A DNA stretch of 64,000 nucleotides from Prolixibacteraceae bacterium (GCA_038562555.1 JBCFBK010000003.1:104343-168342); one strand, 5' to 3'. Numbered from the stretch's first letter, positions 48,245 to 58,293 are shown. Numbers and translations are program-made. The notes: generated from the letters alone by a model not told the origin.

Positions 48245-48859
48245 TTAGTGCGGTACGGCATAAACAATGATCTGCTCAGCGATTTCAAAATGGACAAGCT
48301 CATAACGCTGTTCGCTTTCCGTGAGCAGGTGGGCGGTCGGCTTATTTTCCTCGTTCAATGAGATCCGGATCTGCTCGGAGAAATGTATTCCGGCGAGACC
48401 TGCAGCCTTGTAGACTGCTTCCTTGATACACCAGAATAAGCCGTGTCCGTTCGGAACTGATAATGCCAGCAGGATCTCCTCAGGCGAGAGATATTTATGT
48501 TCGACCCGGGTAAAATTACGGTTTGCGCTTTCAATGTCCAGTCCTGCCCGGTGTAAACGGTGTAAAAGTAATCCTGCCAGCCTGTCGGAATGGCTGATAC
48601 TGATGCTTCTGTACTCCGGATGGTTGATCAGGGGCTGTCCGGTTTCCGTATAACTGAGTTGATCCGGCTTACAGTTTGCCGCATGAAGCAAAGTCCGGAT
48701 CGCTACCCATTCCTGCTTTCTTTTTAAGCTTGTAATCCTGCTGAATACCGGATCGTTCTGCGCTTCGGGGTATCCGGCGGCAAATGTTTCGGCGGTTTCC
48801 GTCATTTCCCAAACCAGCAGGAGGCCATTTTCAATGTTGATCGATCGTATAAGAGGCAT
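48245..48859 (-). CDS. 4'-phosphopantetheinyl transferase (Sfp/EntD-type).
   Basis: It is 204 aa with the PPTase motifs GLDIE and WCIKEAVYKAAG. Confidence 0.8.
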   Translation of the reverse strand: MPLIRSINIENGLLLVWEMTETAETFAAGYPEAQNDPVFSRITSLKRKQEWVAIRTLLHAANCKPDQLSYTETGQPLINHPEYRSISISHSDRLAGLLLHRLHRAGLDIESANRNFTRVEHKYLSPEEILLALSVPNGHGLFWCIKEAVYKAAGLAGIHFSEQIRISLNEENKPTAHLLTESEQRYELVHFEIAEQIIVYAVPH

Positions 48860-48870
48860 TGGCTGTCCGG

Positions 48871-50178
48871 TTAGGTGATTTCGACCCTGATTTTTTTGAT
48901 GCGGCGGTTGTCAGCGGCATCGATCTTAAACACGAAGTTTTTGCAGACGATCTTTTCATGGATGGCAGGAATCTCGCCTTTTATCTCAAGGATCAATCCG
49001 GCCAGTGTGTCGGCGTCACCTTTGCAGTCATCGAAGGTATGGCTGTCACAGCCGGTGACACGGTAGAAATCGTCCAACTGAATTTTACCGTCGAAGAGAT
49101 ATTTATTTTCGCTGATGCGCGTCGAATAATTTTCATCTTCGTCAAACTCGTCCAGGAGGTCACCAACAATTTCCTCCAGAATGTCCTCAAGCGTCACAAT
49201 CCCGGAACTTCCTCCGTATTCATCGACCACAATCGCCATATGCACTTTGTTTTTCTGGAACTCTTCCAGCAGATCATCAATTTTTTTTGCTTCCGGGACA
49301 AAGAACGGAGGCCTGATGATGGATTGCCAGCGGAATGTTTCCCTGTCATGGATGAAAGGCAGCAGGTCTTTGGTGTAGAGAATACCCCTGATGTTGTCGA
49401 AAGACCCTGAGTAAACAGGTATACGTGAGTAGCCGGAATCGTTGATTACGTTAATTGCCTTTTCGAACGAGTCTTTCAGGTTCAGCGCCACAACCCCGAC
49501 ACGCGATTGCATGATTTCGGCCGCGGTTTTGTTCCCGAATTTCATAATTCCCTCGAGAATTTCCTTGTCTTCATAGCTTTCGTCAGACGAATTCATCTCC
49601 AACGCATGCGACAGATCGTCGAGGGAAATATTTTGCGAATGGTTTTGCGTGCGTTTATGAACCAGCCACAAAGCATGGATTAACAGGCTGTTCACCGGAC
49701 GGAAGACCAGTTCCATGAGGTGGAGAGGGCGGGCCATGAATCTGACGACCCGCGTAGTATGACGGCTGGCATAAATTTTAGGGAGAATTTCGCCAAAAAG
49801 GAGCAGGATCCAGGCAAAGACAACGGTCATTAAAATATAGCCGCCGATGCGGACTTCTGAAAAATCAATGACCAGGCCTGCTGCATAAACAGTGAGTATC
49901 ACAATGGCAATATTGATAAGGTTATTGGCCACCAGAATGGTAGCCAATAACCTTTCGGGCTTCTCCAGATGACGGAGAACGGATTCTGCGTATTTATCTT
50001 TTTTTTTACCCAGCTTTTGCCGTTCCTGTTGATCAAGCGAGAAATAAGCTGCTTCAGACCCGGAAATCAGGGCAGAGCAAAACAGTAACGCGACAATAAG
50101 TAAAACAACAGCAATTAAGGCCGATGTTGGAGGATAAACGGTAAAAACCTTAATATAAGGCAAAGGGTCAGTTTCCAA
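48871..50178 (-). CDS. DUF21-CBS-CorC/HlyC membrane protein (CNNM/hemolysin family; GldE homolog).
   Basis: It is 435 aa with an N-terminal four-transmembrane DUF21, a tandem CBS pair and a C-terminal CorC_HlyC domain. Its position after mutY-ssb matches gldE synteny. Confidence 0.8.
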   Translation of the reverse strand: METDPLPYIKVFTVYPPTSALIAVVLLIVALLFCSALISGSEAAYFSLDQQERQKLGKKKDKYAESVLRHLEKPERLLATILVANNLINIAIVILTVYAAGLVIDFSEVRIGGYILMTVVFAWILLLFGEILPKIYASRHTTRVVRFMARPLHLMELVFRPVNSLLIHALWLVHKRTQNHSQNISLDDLSHALEMNSSDESYEDKEILEGIMKFGNKTAAEIMQSRVGVVALNLKDSFEKAINVINDSGYSRIPVYSGSFDNIRGILYTKDLLPFIHDRETFRWQSIIRPPFFVPEAKKIDDLLEEFQKNKVHMAIVVDEYGGSSGIVTLEDILEEIVGDLLDEFDEDENYSTRISENKYLFDGKIQLDDFYRVTGCDSHTFDDCKGDADTLAGLILEIKGEIPAIHEKIVCKNFVFKIDAADNRRIKKIRVEIT

Positions 50179-50197
50179 ACGATTTTATTTATAGTTA

Positions 50198-50641
50198 CTA
50201 AAAGGGCAAATCATCTTCTTCCGATGCTTCCGGATCAGGTTCTCCGGGACGATTTGCAGGTTCGTTAACAGCATGTGCCGATGACATCTGATTGCCAGCT
50301 CCTTCGGCACCTTTGGGACCACCAAGCATTTCCATGCTATCTCCGTAAATTTCGGTTGTATATCTTTTATTGCCGTCCTTATCATCCCACGCACGGGTAC
50401 GGATCCGGCCTTCGATATACAATTTGTCGCCTTTTTTGACGTATTGTTCCACTACTTTTGCCAGGCCTCTCCAAATGACGACATTATGCCATTCAGTTGT
50501 CGTGACTTTTTCGCCGTTTTTAGCGGTATAGCTTTCAGAAGTGGCCAGCGGAAAATTTGCTACGGTTACGTCTTTGTCAAGATGGCGGACCTCCGGGTCC
50601 TTGCCAACATTTCCGATCAGGATTACTTTGTTTACAGACAT
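50198..50641 (-). CDS. ssb: Single-stranded DNA-binding protein.
   Basis: It is 147 aa with an OB fold (VNKVILIGNVGKDPE...TEWHNVVIW) and the acidic C-terminal tail EEDDLPF. Confidence 0.9.
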   Translation of the reverse strand: MSVNKVILIGNVGKDPEVRHLDKDVTVANFPLATSESYTAKNGEKVTTTEWHNVVIWRGLAKVVEQYVKKGDKLYIEGRIRTRAWDDKDGNKRYTTEIYGDSMEMLGGPKGAEGAGNQMSSAHAVNEPANRPGEPDPEASEEDDLPF

Positions 50642-50781
50642 AATTGATTAGTTTTTTGTTTTTTAATAAATAAATTTAGTGATTAATTCATTTAAAACCA
50701 GCCTTTAAACCTCATAAATTCATGAAGGTGCCTGTTTTTTTGACGAACCGTTGGTTTTTTATATATGAAGCATAGTTTGAA

Positions 50782-51837
50782 TTACTCCAAAATACCACCC
50801 ATACGCTCCAACTCCCTTTCTATGGGTTTTGGTACAGCAAAGTTAAGAATATCTTTTTTATTCACTTTCAACAAATGAGAAAGCTCGTTTTTTTTACCGG
50901 TCAGTTGAATGTAAATAAACCGGTAGTAAATATACTGATGGCTAAGGATCTGTTTTTGCCATCGGCTTATATGGCTGACTGTTATCGTTTGTTGTCCCAG
51001 TGACCGGATCATTTCTTTTTCAAGGATCAATGGATCTGGTTTTACATCTGTCTCGATCAGCGGAAATTCGTACAGGTTCTTCCAGATGTCATTTTCGATT
51101 CGTTTCCTTATAAAGATATGGTCGTGATCGCTGATCAGGAGATAGTTGAAAAAGCGTAACCTGATCTTTTGTTTTCCGGCTTTTACCGGATACTGATCTG
51201 TCATGGCGGTTTGCAGTGCCACACATCGGTTGCTGAAAATACAGGAACTGCACCCCGGCTTTTTGGGTGTGCAACAGAGGGCACCAAATTCCATGACGGC
51301 CTGGTTGTATTCTCCTGGATTTTTTCGGTCAATAAGTGTGTTGGCCAGCAAACTGAACTCCTTTTTGCCACGGGGGGTGTCTATGGGGGTTGAAATCCCG
51401 TAGAGCCTCGATAGAAACCGGTAAACGTTTCCGTCAACTACCGCATGCGGCTGATTGAACGATATGGAAGCAATGGCCGCGGCGGTATATTCGCCAATTC
51501 CTTTTAAACGGATCAGCTCATCGTAACCCGAAGGAAACGCTCCGCCATAGGTATCCGTAACCATCCGGGCCGTGGCATGAAGGTTCCGGGCACGGGAATA
51601 GTAGCCCAACCCCTGCCACAGCTTCAGGATATCGTCTTCGTTTGCCTTGGCCAGTGCAGCGACGGTAGGGTATTTTTCGAGAAATCTCAAATAATACGAT
51701 AAACCCTGATCAACACGTGTTTGCTGTAAAATAATCTCCGAAAGCCAGACCGCATATGGATCTTTTGTTTCTCTCCAGGGAAGATCCCGTTTACAAATCG
51801 CATACCAGCGCAGTACTTCAACACCTACATCAACCAT
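50782..51837 (-). CDS. mutY: A/G-specific adenine DNA glycosylase MutY.
   Basis: It has an HhH-GPD region (WQGLGYYSRARNLH), [4Fe-4S] cysteines (C..C..C...C near CCTPKKPGCSSCIFSNRC) and a C-terminal NUDIX-like domain. The start is taken at the internal ATG (MVDVGVEVLRWY...); the track ORF extends to 51885. Confidence 0.85.
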   Translation of the reverse strand: MVDVGVEVLRWYAICKRDLPWRETKDPYAVWLSEIILQQTRVDQGLSYYLRFLEKYPTVAALAKANEDDILKLWQGLGYYSRARNLHATARMVTDTYGGAFPSGYDELIRLKGIGEYTAAAIASISFNQPHAVVDGNVYRFLSRLYGISTPIDTPRGKKEFSLLANTLIDRKNPGEYNQAVMEFGALCCTPKKPGCSSCIFSNRCVALQTAMTDQYPVKAGKQKIRLRFFNYLLISDHDHIFIRKRIENDIWKNLYEFPLIETDVKPDPLILEKEMIRSLGQQTITVSHISRWQKQILSHQYIYYRFIYIQLTGKKNELSHLLKVNKKDILNFAVPKPIERELERMGGILE

Positions 51838-52008
51838 ATTCCGTATAACTGCTTTAAAATCTACGTGAAACAAACTGCGGAGCACAGGCTCCCCTGAAAC
51901 AGACCATAACAGCCTTGATGAACTACACGCGACCTTTCAAAATAATTTATAATCATATGAATTACAAAAATAATTCAATTCAGATGTCTTTAGTTCTTAA
52001 ATAATTTT

Positions 52009-52016
52009 TATTTTTG
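52009..52016 (+). promoter_or_regulatory. Candidate -7 element (TATTTTTG, TAnnTTTG class) for the hup-thx-rng cluster.
   Basis: It lies 53 nt upstream of the hup ATG. No clean TTTG -33 element is present. Confidence 0.3.
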
Positions 52017-52068
52017 CACACCGATAGAGAGGAAATTATAATTTATTGAAAACTAAATATTTTAAGAG

Positions 52069-52356
52069 ATGACTAAAGCAGATATCGTTAACGAGATTAG
52101 CAAAAACACTGGAATCGAAAAAATTACTGTTCAAAAAGCTGTTGAAGCTTTCATGGAAACTGTAAAAGATTCATTAACCGAAGGCAGAAATGTATACCTG
52201 CGTGGATTCGGAAGTTTCATCGTAAAAAAGAGAGCAGAAAAAACAGCTCGGAATATCTCGAGAAATACAACCATCATCATTCCTGAACATTTTATTCCCT
52301 CTTTTAAACCGGCTAAGACATTTGTATCGCAAGTGAAGGACCAAATAAAAAAATAA
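52069..52356 (+). CDS. hup: HU-family nucleoid DNA-binding protein.
   Basis: It is 95 aa: MTKADIVNEISKNTGIEK...RGFGSFIVKKRAEKTARNISRNTTIIIP. Confidence 0.9.
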   Translation: MTKADIVNEISKNTGIEKITVQKAVEAFMETVKDSLTEGRNVYLRGFGSFIVKKRAEKTARNISRNTTIIIPEHFIPSFKPAKTFVSQVKDQIKK

Positions 52357-52360
52357 GATT

Positions 52361-52453
52361 ATGCCAAGCGGAAAGAAAAGGAAAAGACATAAGATGTCGA
52401 CGCATAAGCGGAAGAAGAGACTTCGTAAAAACAGACATAAGAAAAGAAAGTAA
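52361..52453 (+). CDS. Small, extremely basic 30-aa protein (MPSGKKRKRHKMSTHKRKKRLRKNRHKKRK), probably a ribosomal protein bTHX-like peptide. It is missing from the ORF track because it is under 60 aa.
   Basis: The ATG lies 5 nt after the hup stop. The peptide is about 70% lysine/arginine/histidine and sits between hup and rng. A tiny Thx-family gene is known to occupy this position in Bacteroidota. Confidence 0.55.
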   Translation: MPSGKKRKRHKMSTHKRKKRLRKNRHKKRK

Positions 52454-52487
52454 TTTTTGCTGAAACGCAAAGAATGAAATCTCTGTT

Positions 52488-52526
52488 GGTTAAACCTAAA
52501 GTACAACGGTGCTTTAGGTTTAATCC
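52488..52526 (+). promoter_or_regulatory. Stable stem-loop in the rng 5' leader, a candidate autoregulatory or processing hairpin, or an attenuator.
   Basis: GGTTAAACCTAAAGtacaacggtgCTTTAGGTTTAAtCC is a ~13-bp stem with one bulge, about 55 nt upstream of the rng GTG start. Confidence 0.45.
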
Positions 52527-52578
52527 GTTTTACAAGTCGGATTCATACGCCGAACTAATTTCAAATTAAATAAACGTT

Positions 52579-54129
52579 GTGAGTAGCGATCTAATTATTG
52601 ATGTCACTCCCTCGGAAGTTGTTATTGCTTTATTGGAAGACAAACGTTTAGTTGAGCTAACAAGGGAAAAAAGCGGAGCAAAGTTTGCAGTTGGCGATAT
52701 TTATTTAGCCAGGGTAAAGAAGATTATGCCGAGCTTAAACGCTGCGTTCATCGACGTTGGTTATGAAAAAGATGCATTTTTGCATTATCTTGACATGGGA
52801 CCGCAATTTGCGACTTTAAACAAGTTCATGAAAGTTGCGAGTTCCAAAAAGAACCGTATTTCTTCATTGTCAAAAATTCAGTCGGGCCCTGATATTAATA
52901 AAGAGGGCAAGATTACAGAAGTACTGAAGGCAGGTCAGGTCATACTGGTACAGATTGCCAAGGAGCCCATATCGACCAAAGGGCCGCGACTGACCTCAGA
53001 ACTGTCAATTGCAGGAAGAAATTTGGTTTTGATGCCGTTTAGCGAGAAAGTCAGTGTTTCGCAAAAAATCAGTTCAGCCGAGGAAAAAAATCGGCTTAAA
53101 AAACTGATACAGAGCATTAAGCCGAAGAAATACGGAGTTATTGTCCGGACCGTTTCCGAAGGAAAGCGTGTCGCTGAATTGGACCAGGAACTGACCAGGC
53201 TGGTTGCAAAATTCGAAACGATGTTCCAAAAATTAAAGAAATCTACCGCCCCGTCTTTAATTATTGGAGAGATGAACCGGACCAGTGCTTTGTTGAGAGA
53301 CATTTATAGCCCAAGCTTCAACAGTATCATTGTCAATGATTCTGAAGTGGCCGATGAAATTGCAGAATACCTTGAAACGATTGCTCCCGAAAAAAAGAAG
53401 ACGGTCAAATATTATAATGGAGGCCGTCCGATTTTTGAATATTTCGGGATCGACAAACAGGTGAAGTCTTTATTCGGAAAGACTGTTTCGTTTAAAAACG
53501 GTGCTTATCTGATCATTGAACACACCGAAGCGTTTCATGTCATTGACGTGAACAGCGGAAACCGGTCAAAAGCCGGTGTTGATCAGGAGACCAATGCACT
53601 GGAAGTAAACCTCGCAGCAGCCGAGGAAATAGCAAGACAACTGAGGTTGAGAGATATGGGTGGTATAATTGTTATCGATTTCATCGATATGCATACCGCC
53701 GAAAACCGTCAGAAGGTTTATGAACGAATGAAGGAGGTAATGGCTGCTGACCGCACCAAGCACAATATCTTACCGTTGAGTAAGTTTTGTCTGATGCAGA
53801 TCACACGCCAGCGGGTACGTCCAGAAGAGCACGTGGAAACAGCAGAAGTCTGCCCCACCTGTCACGGAACCGGCAAGATTACACCTACGATCCTGTTTAC
53901 GGATGAACTGGAAAGAAAGGTCAACTATATCTTTACTGATCTGAACAAGAAAAAGTTGACGATTAAAGTTCATCCCTATGTAGCCGCATTTTTAACGAAG
54001 GGATTTTATTCCCTGGCGAGGAAATGGGCGTTTAAACATTTACGGCGCATCCGCGTTCAGGGAGTCAGCGCCCAGAGTTTTCTCGAGTATCATTTTCTCG
54101 ATGAAAATATGGAAGAGATTATTCTTTAG
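52579..54129 (+). CDS. rng: Ribonuclease G / RNase E-family endoribonuclease.
   Basis: It is 516 aa with a GTG start, an N-terminal S1 domain (GDIYLARVKKIMPSLNAAFIDVG) and an Rne/Rng catalytic core (VIDVNSG, IIVIDFIDM). Confidence 0.9.
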   Translation: MSSDLIIDVTPSEVVIALLEDKRLVELTREKSGAKFAVGDIYLARVKKIMPSLNAAFIDVGYEKDAFLHYLDMGPQFATLNKFMKVASSKKNRISSLSKIQSGPDINKEGKITEVLKAGQVILVQIAKEPISTKGPRLTSELSIAGRNLVLMPFSEKVSVSQKISSAEEKNRLKKLIQSIKPKKYGVIVRTVSEGKRVAELDQELTRLVAKFETMFQKLKKSTAPSLIIGEMNRTSALLRDIYSPSFNSIIVNDSEVADEIAEYLETIAPEKKKTVKYYNGGRPIFEYFGIDKQVKSLFGKTVSFKNGAYLIIEHTEAFHVIDVNSGNRSKAGVDQETNALEVNLAAAEEIARQLRLRDMGGIIVIDFIDMHTAENRQKVYERMKEVMAADRTKHNILPLSKFCLMQITRQRVRPEEHVETAEVCPTCHGTGKITPTILFTDELERKVNYIFTDLNKKKLTIKVHPYVAAFLTKGFYSLARKWAFKHLRRIRVQGVSAQSFLEYHFLDENMEEIIL

Positions 54130-54130
54130 C

Positions 54131-54159
54131 AAAATCCCGGAGTTATCCGGGATTTTTTA
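54131..54159 (+). terminator. Rho-independent terminator after rng.
   Basis: AAAATCCCGGagttaTCCGGGATTTTTTAT has a 7-bp stem and a T6 run. Confidence 0.75.
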
Positions 54160-54246
54160 TTTAATAACAATCTTTAACAGTTTCGGAATAATCGCTTTAC
54201 CTTTATATTTGTTATATTGAAATATCTTTCAAAATGAACATTTGAC

Positions 54247-56406
54247 ATGAGACAATTCTTTTTTCTTAGTGCATTGATCCTATTCTTTTTTCAGTCATTT
54301 TCACAGGTGCTTGAACCGGTAAAGTGGTCTTTCAGCTCAAAGCAGAACGGAAAGGAAATTCAATTGGTTTTTAAGGCCGTAATCGACGAGGGATGGCATT
54401 TATACGATACCAGCCTGCCAGGAGGAGGACCCGTGCCCACTTCCATTAATTATAACGACAGCAGTATGTTTGAATTTGCCGGCGGCTTGCAAAAGCGTCC
54501 GATGCCGACTGTGATGTTTGACAAGACCTTTCAGATGGAACTGCGTTATTTTAGCAAAGAGGTTGAATTTACGCAGACCATCAGGCCGAAATCGGGAAAG
54601 CCCATGAGGATTGACGGCTATGTGGAATTCATGGTATGCAATGATGAAACCTGCCTTCCCCCCACCGAGGCCGATTTTGAATTTAAGCTGAATCCGGAAG
54701 CAGAAAGCCGGGAACCGGAGACCGGAACAAGAGACACAAGAGATCAGACACAAGATACAAGACAGGAGGTGGAGAACGGAGAACGGAGAATGGAGGACGG
54801 AGGCGGAACCCCGGACACCTTAGCAACAATAGCAGGACCAACCGATGCATCGAACCTCATAAGCGGAAATGAAGCACCCCGGATCGTAACTTCACAAGGG
54901 AAAGAAGGCTCGGGCGATACGCTGTGGTTATTTTTCTTTTTTTCATTCCTGGCCGGACTGGCGGCGATTCTGACTCCCTGCGTTTTCCCAATGATCCCGA
55001 TGACGGTTTCCTTTTTTATGCACAGCGGAGAAACAAAGGCGAAATCACGCTTACATGCCCTTTTTTATGGCATGTCTATCATTGCAATCTACACCATAAT
55101 CGGAACGCTGGTGGCTGTAATTTTCGGACCGGGTATTGCCAACTGGTTAAGTACGCACTGGCTTCTGAATACGATATTCTTCCTTGTTTTCATGATTTTT
55201 GCTTTTTCTTTTTTTGGGATGTTTGAAATCGTCCTGCCCAGCAAACTGGTGAACCGCTCGGATCGGCAGGTTGACAAAGGCGGGCTGATGGGTTCATTTT
55301 TTATGGCTCTAACCCTGGTGCTGGTTTCCTTTTCCTGTACCGGTCCTATTGTCGGTGCGATCCTGGTTGAATCGGCCGGCGGACAGGTGTTGAAGCCGGT
55401 GATTGGTATGTTTGGCTTTTCGCTGGCCTTCGCACTGCCGTTTACCTTATTTGCCCTTTTTCCCGGATGGTTGAGTCGCCTGCCAAAATCGGGAGGCTGG
55501 CTCAATTCGGTCAAGGTGGTGCTTGGGTTCCTGGAACTGGCATTGGGACTTAAATTCCTGAGTGTGGCCGATCAGACTTACCATTGGGGATTGCTCGACC
55601 GGGAAGTATATTTATCCTTGTGGATTGTGATTTTCTCTCTGCTGGGGCTTTATTTGCTGGGAAAGCTTACTTTTGCGCACGACAGCGAGGTAAAGCATGT
55701 TTCCGTGCCCCGTTTGCTGTTGTCGATCATTTCGTTTGCTTTTGTGGTTTATCTGGTACCCGGAATGTTCGGTGCTCCGTTAAAAGCCATTTCGGGATAT
55801 TTGCCCCCGCAATCAACCCTCGATTTCGACCTGCATAAAATTGTTCGTGATGAGGTAAAGCTGGTAAGCCAGACAGGCGGAACAGCATCTTCTGATCCCA
55901 AAAACAGCTTATGCGAAAACCCTAAATTCAGTGAATTTCTGCACCTGCCTCACGGTTTGGAGGGTTACTTCGATTACGGGCAAGGGATGGCCTGCGCCAA
56001 AGCGTTGAATAAACCTGTCTTCATCGATTTTACGGGTCACGGCTGTGTTAATTGCCGTGAGATGGAAGCTGCAGTCTGGTCGGATGCACGCGTATTGCAA
56101 CGTCTGAGAAATGACTTCGTAATTATCGCGCTGTATGTTGATGATAAAACCACCCTGCCTGAGAGTGAGTGGATCACATCCGATTATGACGGGAAGGTTA
56201 AAAAGACGCTTGGAAAGAAATATGCGGACTTTCAGATCAGCCGTTTCGGTGTCAATGCCCAGCCTTATTATGTCTTGCTGGATCATGAGGGCAGGCCGCT
56301 TGTTGAGCCGAAAGCATACGATCTGAATCCGGACCATTTTGTGGAATTCCTGGATCAGGGACTCAAAGAATTTCGCCGATCGGAAAACCGGAATATCGCC
56401 CGGTGA
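54247..56406 (+). CDS. dsbD: Thiol:disulfide interchange protein DsbD (protein-disulfide reductase).
   Basis: It is 719 aa with an N-terminal periplasmic domain, a DsbD/CcdA transmembrane core with the CVFPMIPM cysteine pair, and a C-terminal thioredoxin-like domain carrying GHGCVNCREME. Confidence 0.85.
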   Translation: MRQFFFLSALILFFFQSFSQVLEPVKWSFSSKQNGKEIQLVFKAVIDEGWHLYDTSLPGGGPVPTSINYNDSSMFEFAGGLQKRPMPTVMFDKTFQMELRYFSKEVEFTQTIRPKSGKPMRIDGYVEFMVCNDETCLPPTEADFEFKLNPEAESREPETGTRDTRDQTQDTRQEVENGERRMEDGGGTPDTLATIAGPTDASNLISGNEAPRIVTSQGKEGSGDTLWLFFFFSFLAGLAAILTPCVFPMIPMTVSFFMHSGETKAKSRLHALFYGMSIIAIYTIIGTLVAVIFGPGIANWLSTHWLLNTIFFLVFMIFAFSFFGMFEIVLPSKLVNRSDRQVDKGGLMGSFFMALTLVLVSFSCTGPIVGAILVESAGGQVLKPVIGMFGFSLAFALPFTLFALFPGWLSRLPKSGGWLNSVKVVLGFLELALGLKFLSVADQTYHWGLLDREVYLSLWIVIFSLLGLYLLGKLTFAHDSEVKHVSVPRLLLSIISFAFVVYLVPGMFGAPLKAISGYLPPQSTLDFDLHKIVRDEVKLVSQTGGTASSDPKNSLCENPKFSEFLHLPHGLEGYFDYGQGMACAKALNKPVFIDFTGHGCVNCREMEAAVWSDARVLQRLRNDFVIIALYVDDKTTLPESEWITSDYDGKVKKTLGKKYADFQISRFGVNAQPYYVLLDHEGRPLVEPKAYDLNPDHFVEFLDQGLKEFRRSENRNIAR

Positions 56407-56592
56407 TTTTTTGACTGCGGGTATCTTGTTTTTTACACACGTTTAAAATCTTTTCTGTTTACGAGGCAGGCGACGGGTCCGTATGGCTTACTGTCAGTGA
56501 TTGTCTTCGTCACGTTGATAAATGTTTTAAAGCAAAAGTTCGTATCGGTTCTTTATTTATCTTAACTTTGAAGTATTAAAACCAACAAATTT

Positions 56593-58293
56593 TTGCTAAC
56601 CCAAAAAACATTCATGAACATGAAAAAACTATTACTCCTGTTGCTGACTACAGGCATTTTAATGACAGGCTGTATTGAGAATGAGGAATCCGAATCAGTG
56701 AAACAAATTCGTTTGGGCCAGGCCGCCCTGCTGCAGGCTCAGGCCGATGCCGCACTTGCGCTGGCCAATTCGCAGGTAGCTATGGATGCAGCTAAAGCTG
56801 CGATGCTGGCTGCAGAAACCGATTTCTTAAAAGCTGAAGCTGCGCTTATAACCGAAGAGACACGTCATCAGGCGGCTATGAACGCTCTCGAGGAGGATCT
56901 GCGTACTGCCGCAACGGCTGCCGCCAAAGAAGCCCTGGAAAAGGAAATGCAACTCATGGAGTTGTATTTTGAAAACGAAATGATAGACCTTGAGAAGGAC
57001 AAGGTACGGGCACAGACGCAATTGCTCGAGAAACAATATGCCTACCAAATTACCAAAAACGAGTATGACGAGGCTATGGCAAAAGCTGCTGCCGATCATG
57101 AACTGGCTATGAAGCAAATTGCCGCTGCGGCTAAGGACAGCGAAACGGAAGCATTGGTGACAGGTTATGAAGCAGCCTATGAAAAATGGAGTAATCAGTA
57201 TAATTTTGTTACCAGCATGGAAGATGAAATACTCGACCTGCAGCATAATCTTACGCTGGCAAAAAATGATGCTGCGCCTTTTATTGACTACCTGAGATAC
57301 CAAAGGGAACAAGCCCGGGAGCGGTTGGATTATATGACCAGGGAGCTTGCTATGATGCAAAATATATCGTTCGGAGATATCAAAGTCACCCTGGAAGCCG
57401 AGAAGACCCGGATAACGACAGCGGTTACCGCCATACAGCAACAACTGGTGAGTAAGGCCGCTTCCCGGATGCTAGCGATGGGTAATCTGGAGCAGGCGGA
57501 GTTGGCTTATGAAATTGCACTTGATGAGTATAAGGCCGTTAACCGGGACATGAAAAATGCAGAAGCCGATACGCTTGAAGCCTATAACAATTACTTCGTT
57601 TATAAAAACTGGAAACGCAAGGTTCAAAACGAGCCGCTTTTAGACGTAAACGGTGAAATTGTATTTGTTCCGCTGGCCGAAGCTGTCGATGCTGAAAAAG
57701 GAGATGTAGATGCAAACGGTAATTACCTCAGTCTTCACGACGCTGCAGAAGTGGTTCTTGCCGGAGATAAAGCGAAGGAAGCCGAGGATGTCTGGAAGGC
57801 AGCGCTGGAGACCTATCAGGCTTTGCCGCAGAAATGGGAGGAGGCAAAAGCTGCCCGGGATGAGGCTAAGGTGGCGTATGATGCAGCCCTTGCCTCGCTG
57901 ACAAGCCAGGTGGAGGAAATGCAAAAACTGATGATCCAGTTATCCCTCCTTTACGAAGAACTTGATTTCGTGTCGGAAATGCTGGAGGAAGTGAATAATT
58001 TTGATGAAATGATCGAATATGCAGAACAGCAGGTGGCCGAGGCTCAGGTTGAACTGACAGACTGGACCGCTATTCTGAGTTCGGCGCAGGTAGCCCTGGC
58101 CGAGGGTAAAAGCTTTGACTACTACGACCGGGAATCAGAATCTTACGAAGGATGGAATTTTGATGCCTATATCAGGCAACTGGAAAAAATGCAGACCAGG
58201 CTGATTGGCGAAAAGGCCATACTGGAACTCTATAAAGCTGATCTTGACAGTTGGGCGGCCAAATTAAAGGCCGCACTCGTAGAATTAGGATAG
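56593..58293 (+). CDS. Ala/Glu/Leu/Lys-rich coiled-coil lipoprotein of unknown function (566 aa).
   Basis: It has a lipobox (ILMTGCIENEE) and is almost entirely predicted helical. It is rich in Ala, Glu, Lys, Leu and Gln. Likely starts are 56614 or 56620. Confidence 0.6.
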   Translation: MLTQKTFMNMKKLLLLLLTTGILMTGCIENEESESVKQIRLGQAALLQAQADAALALANSQVAMDAAKAAMLAAETDFLKAEAALITEETRHQAAMNALEEDLRTAATAAAKEALEKEMQLMELYFENEMIDLEKDKVRAQTQLLEKQYAYQITKNEYDEAMAKAAADHELAMKQIAAAAKDSETEALVTGYEAAYEKWSNQYNFVTSMEDEILDLQHNLTLAKNDAAPFIDYLRYQREQARERLDYMTRELAMMQNISFGDIKVTLEAEKTRITTAVTAIQQQLVSKAASRMLAMGNLEQAELAYEIALDEYKAVNRDMKNAEADTLEAYNNYFVYKNWKRKVQNEPLLDVNGEIVFVPLAEAVDAEKGDVDANGNYLSLHDAAEVVLAGDKAKEAEDVWKAALETYQALPQKWEEAKAARDEAKVAYDAALASLTSQVEEMQKLMIQLSLLYEELDFVSEMLEEVNNFDEMIEYAEQQVAEAQVELTDWTAILSSAQVALAEGKSFDYYDRESESYEGWNFDAYIRQLEKMQTRLIGEKAILELYKADLDSWAAKLKAALVELG

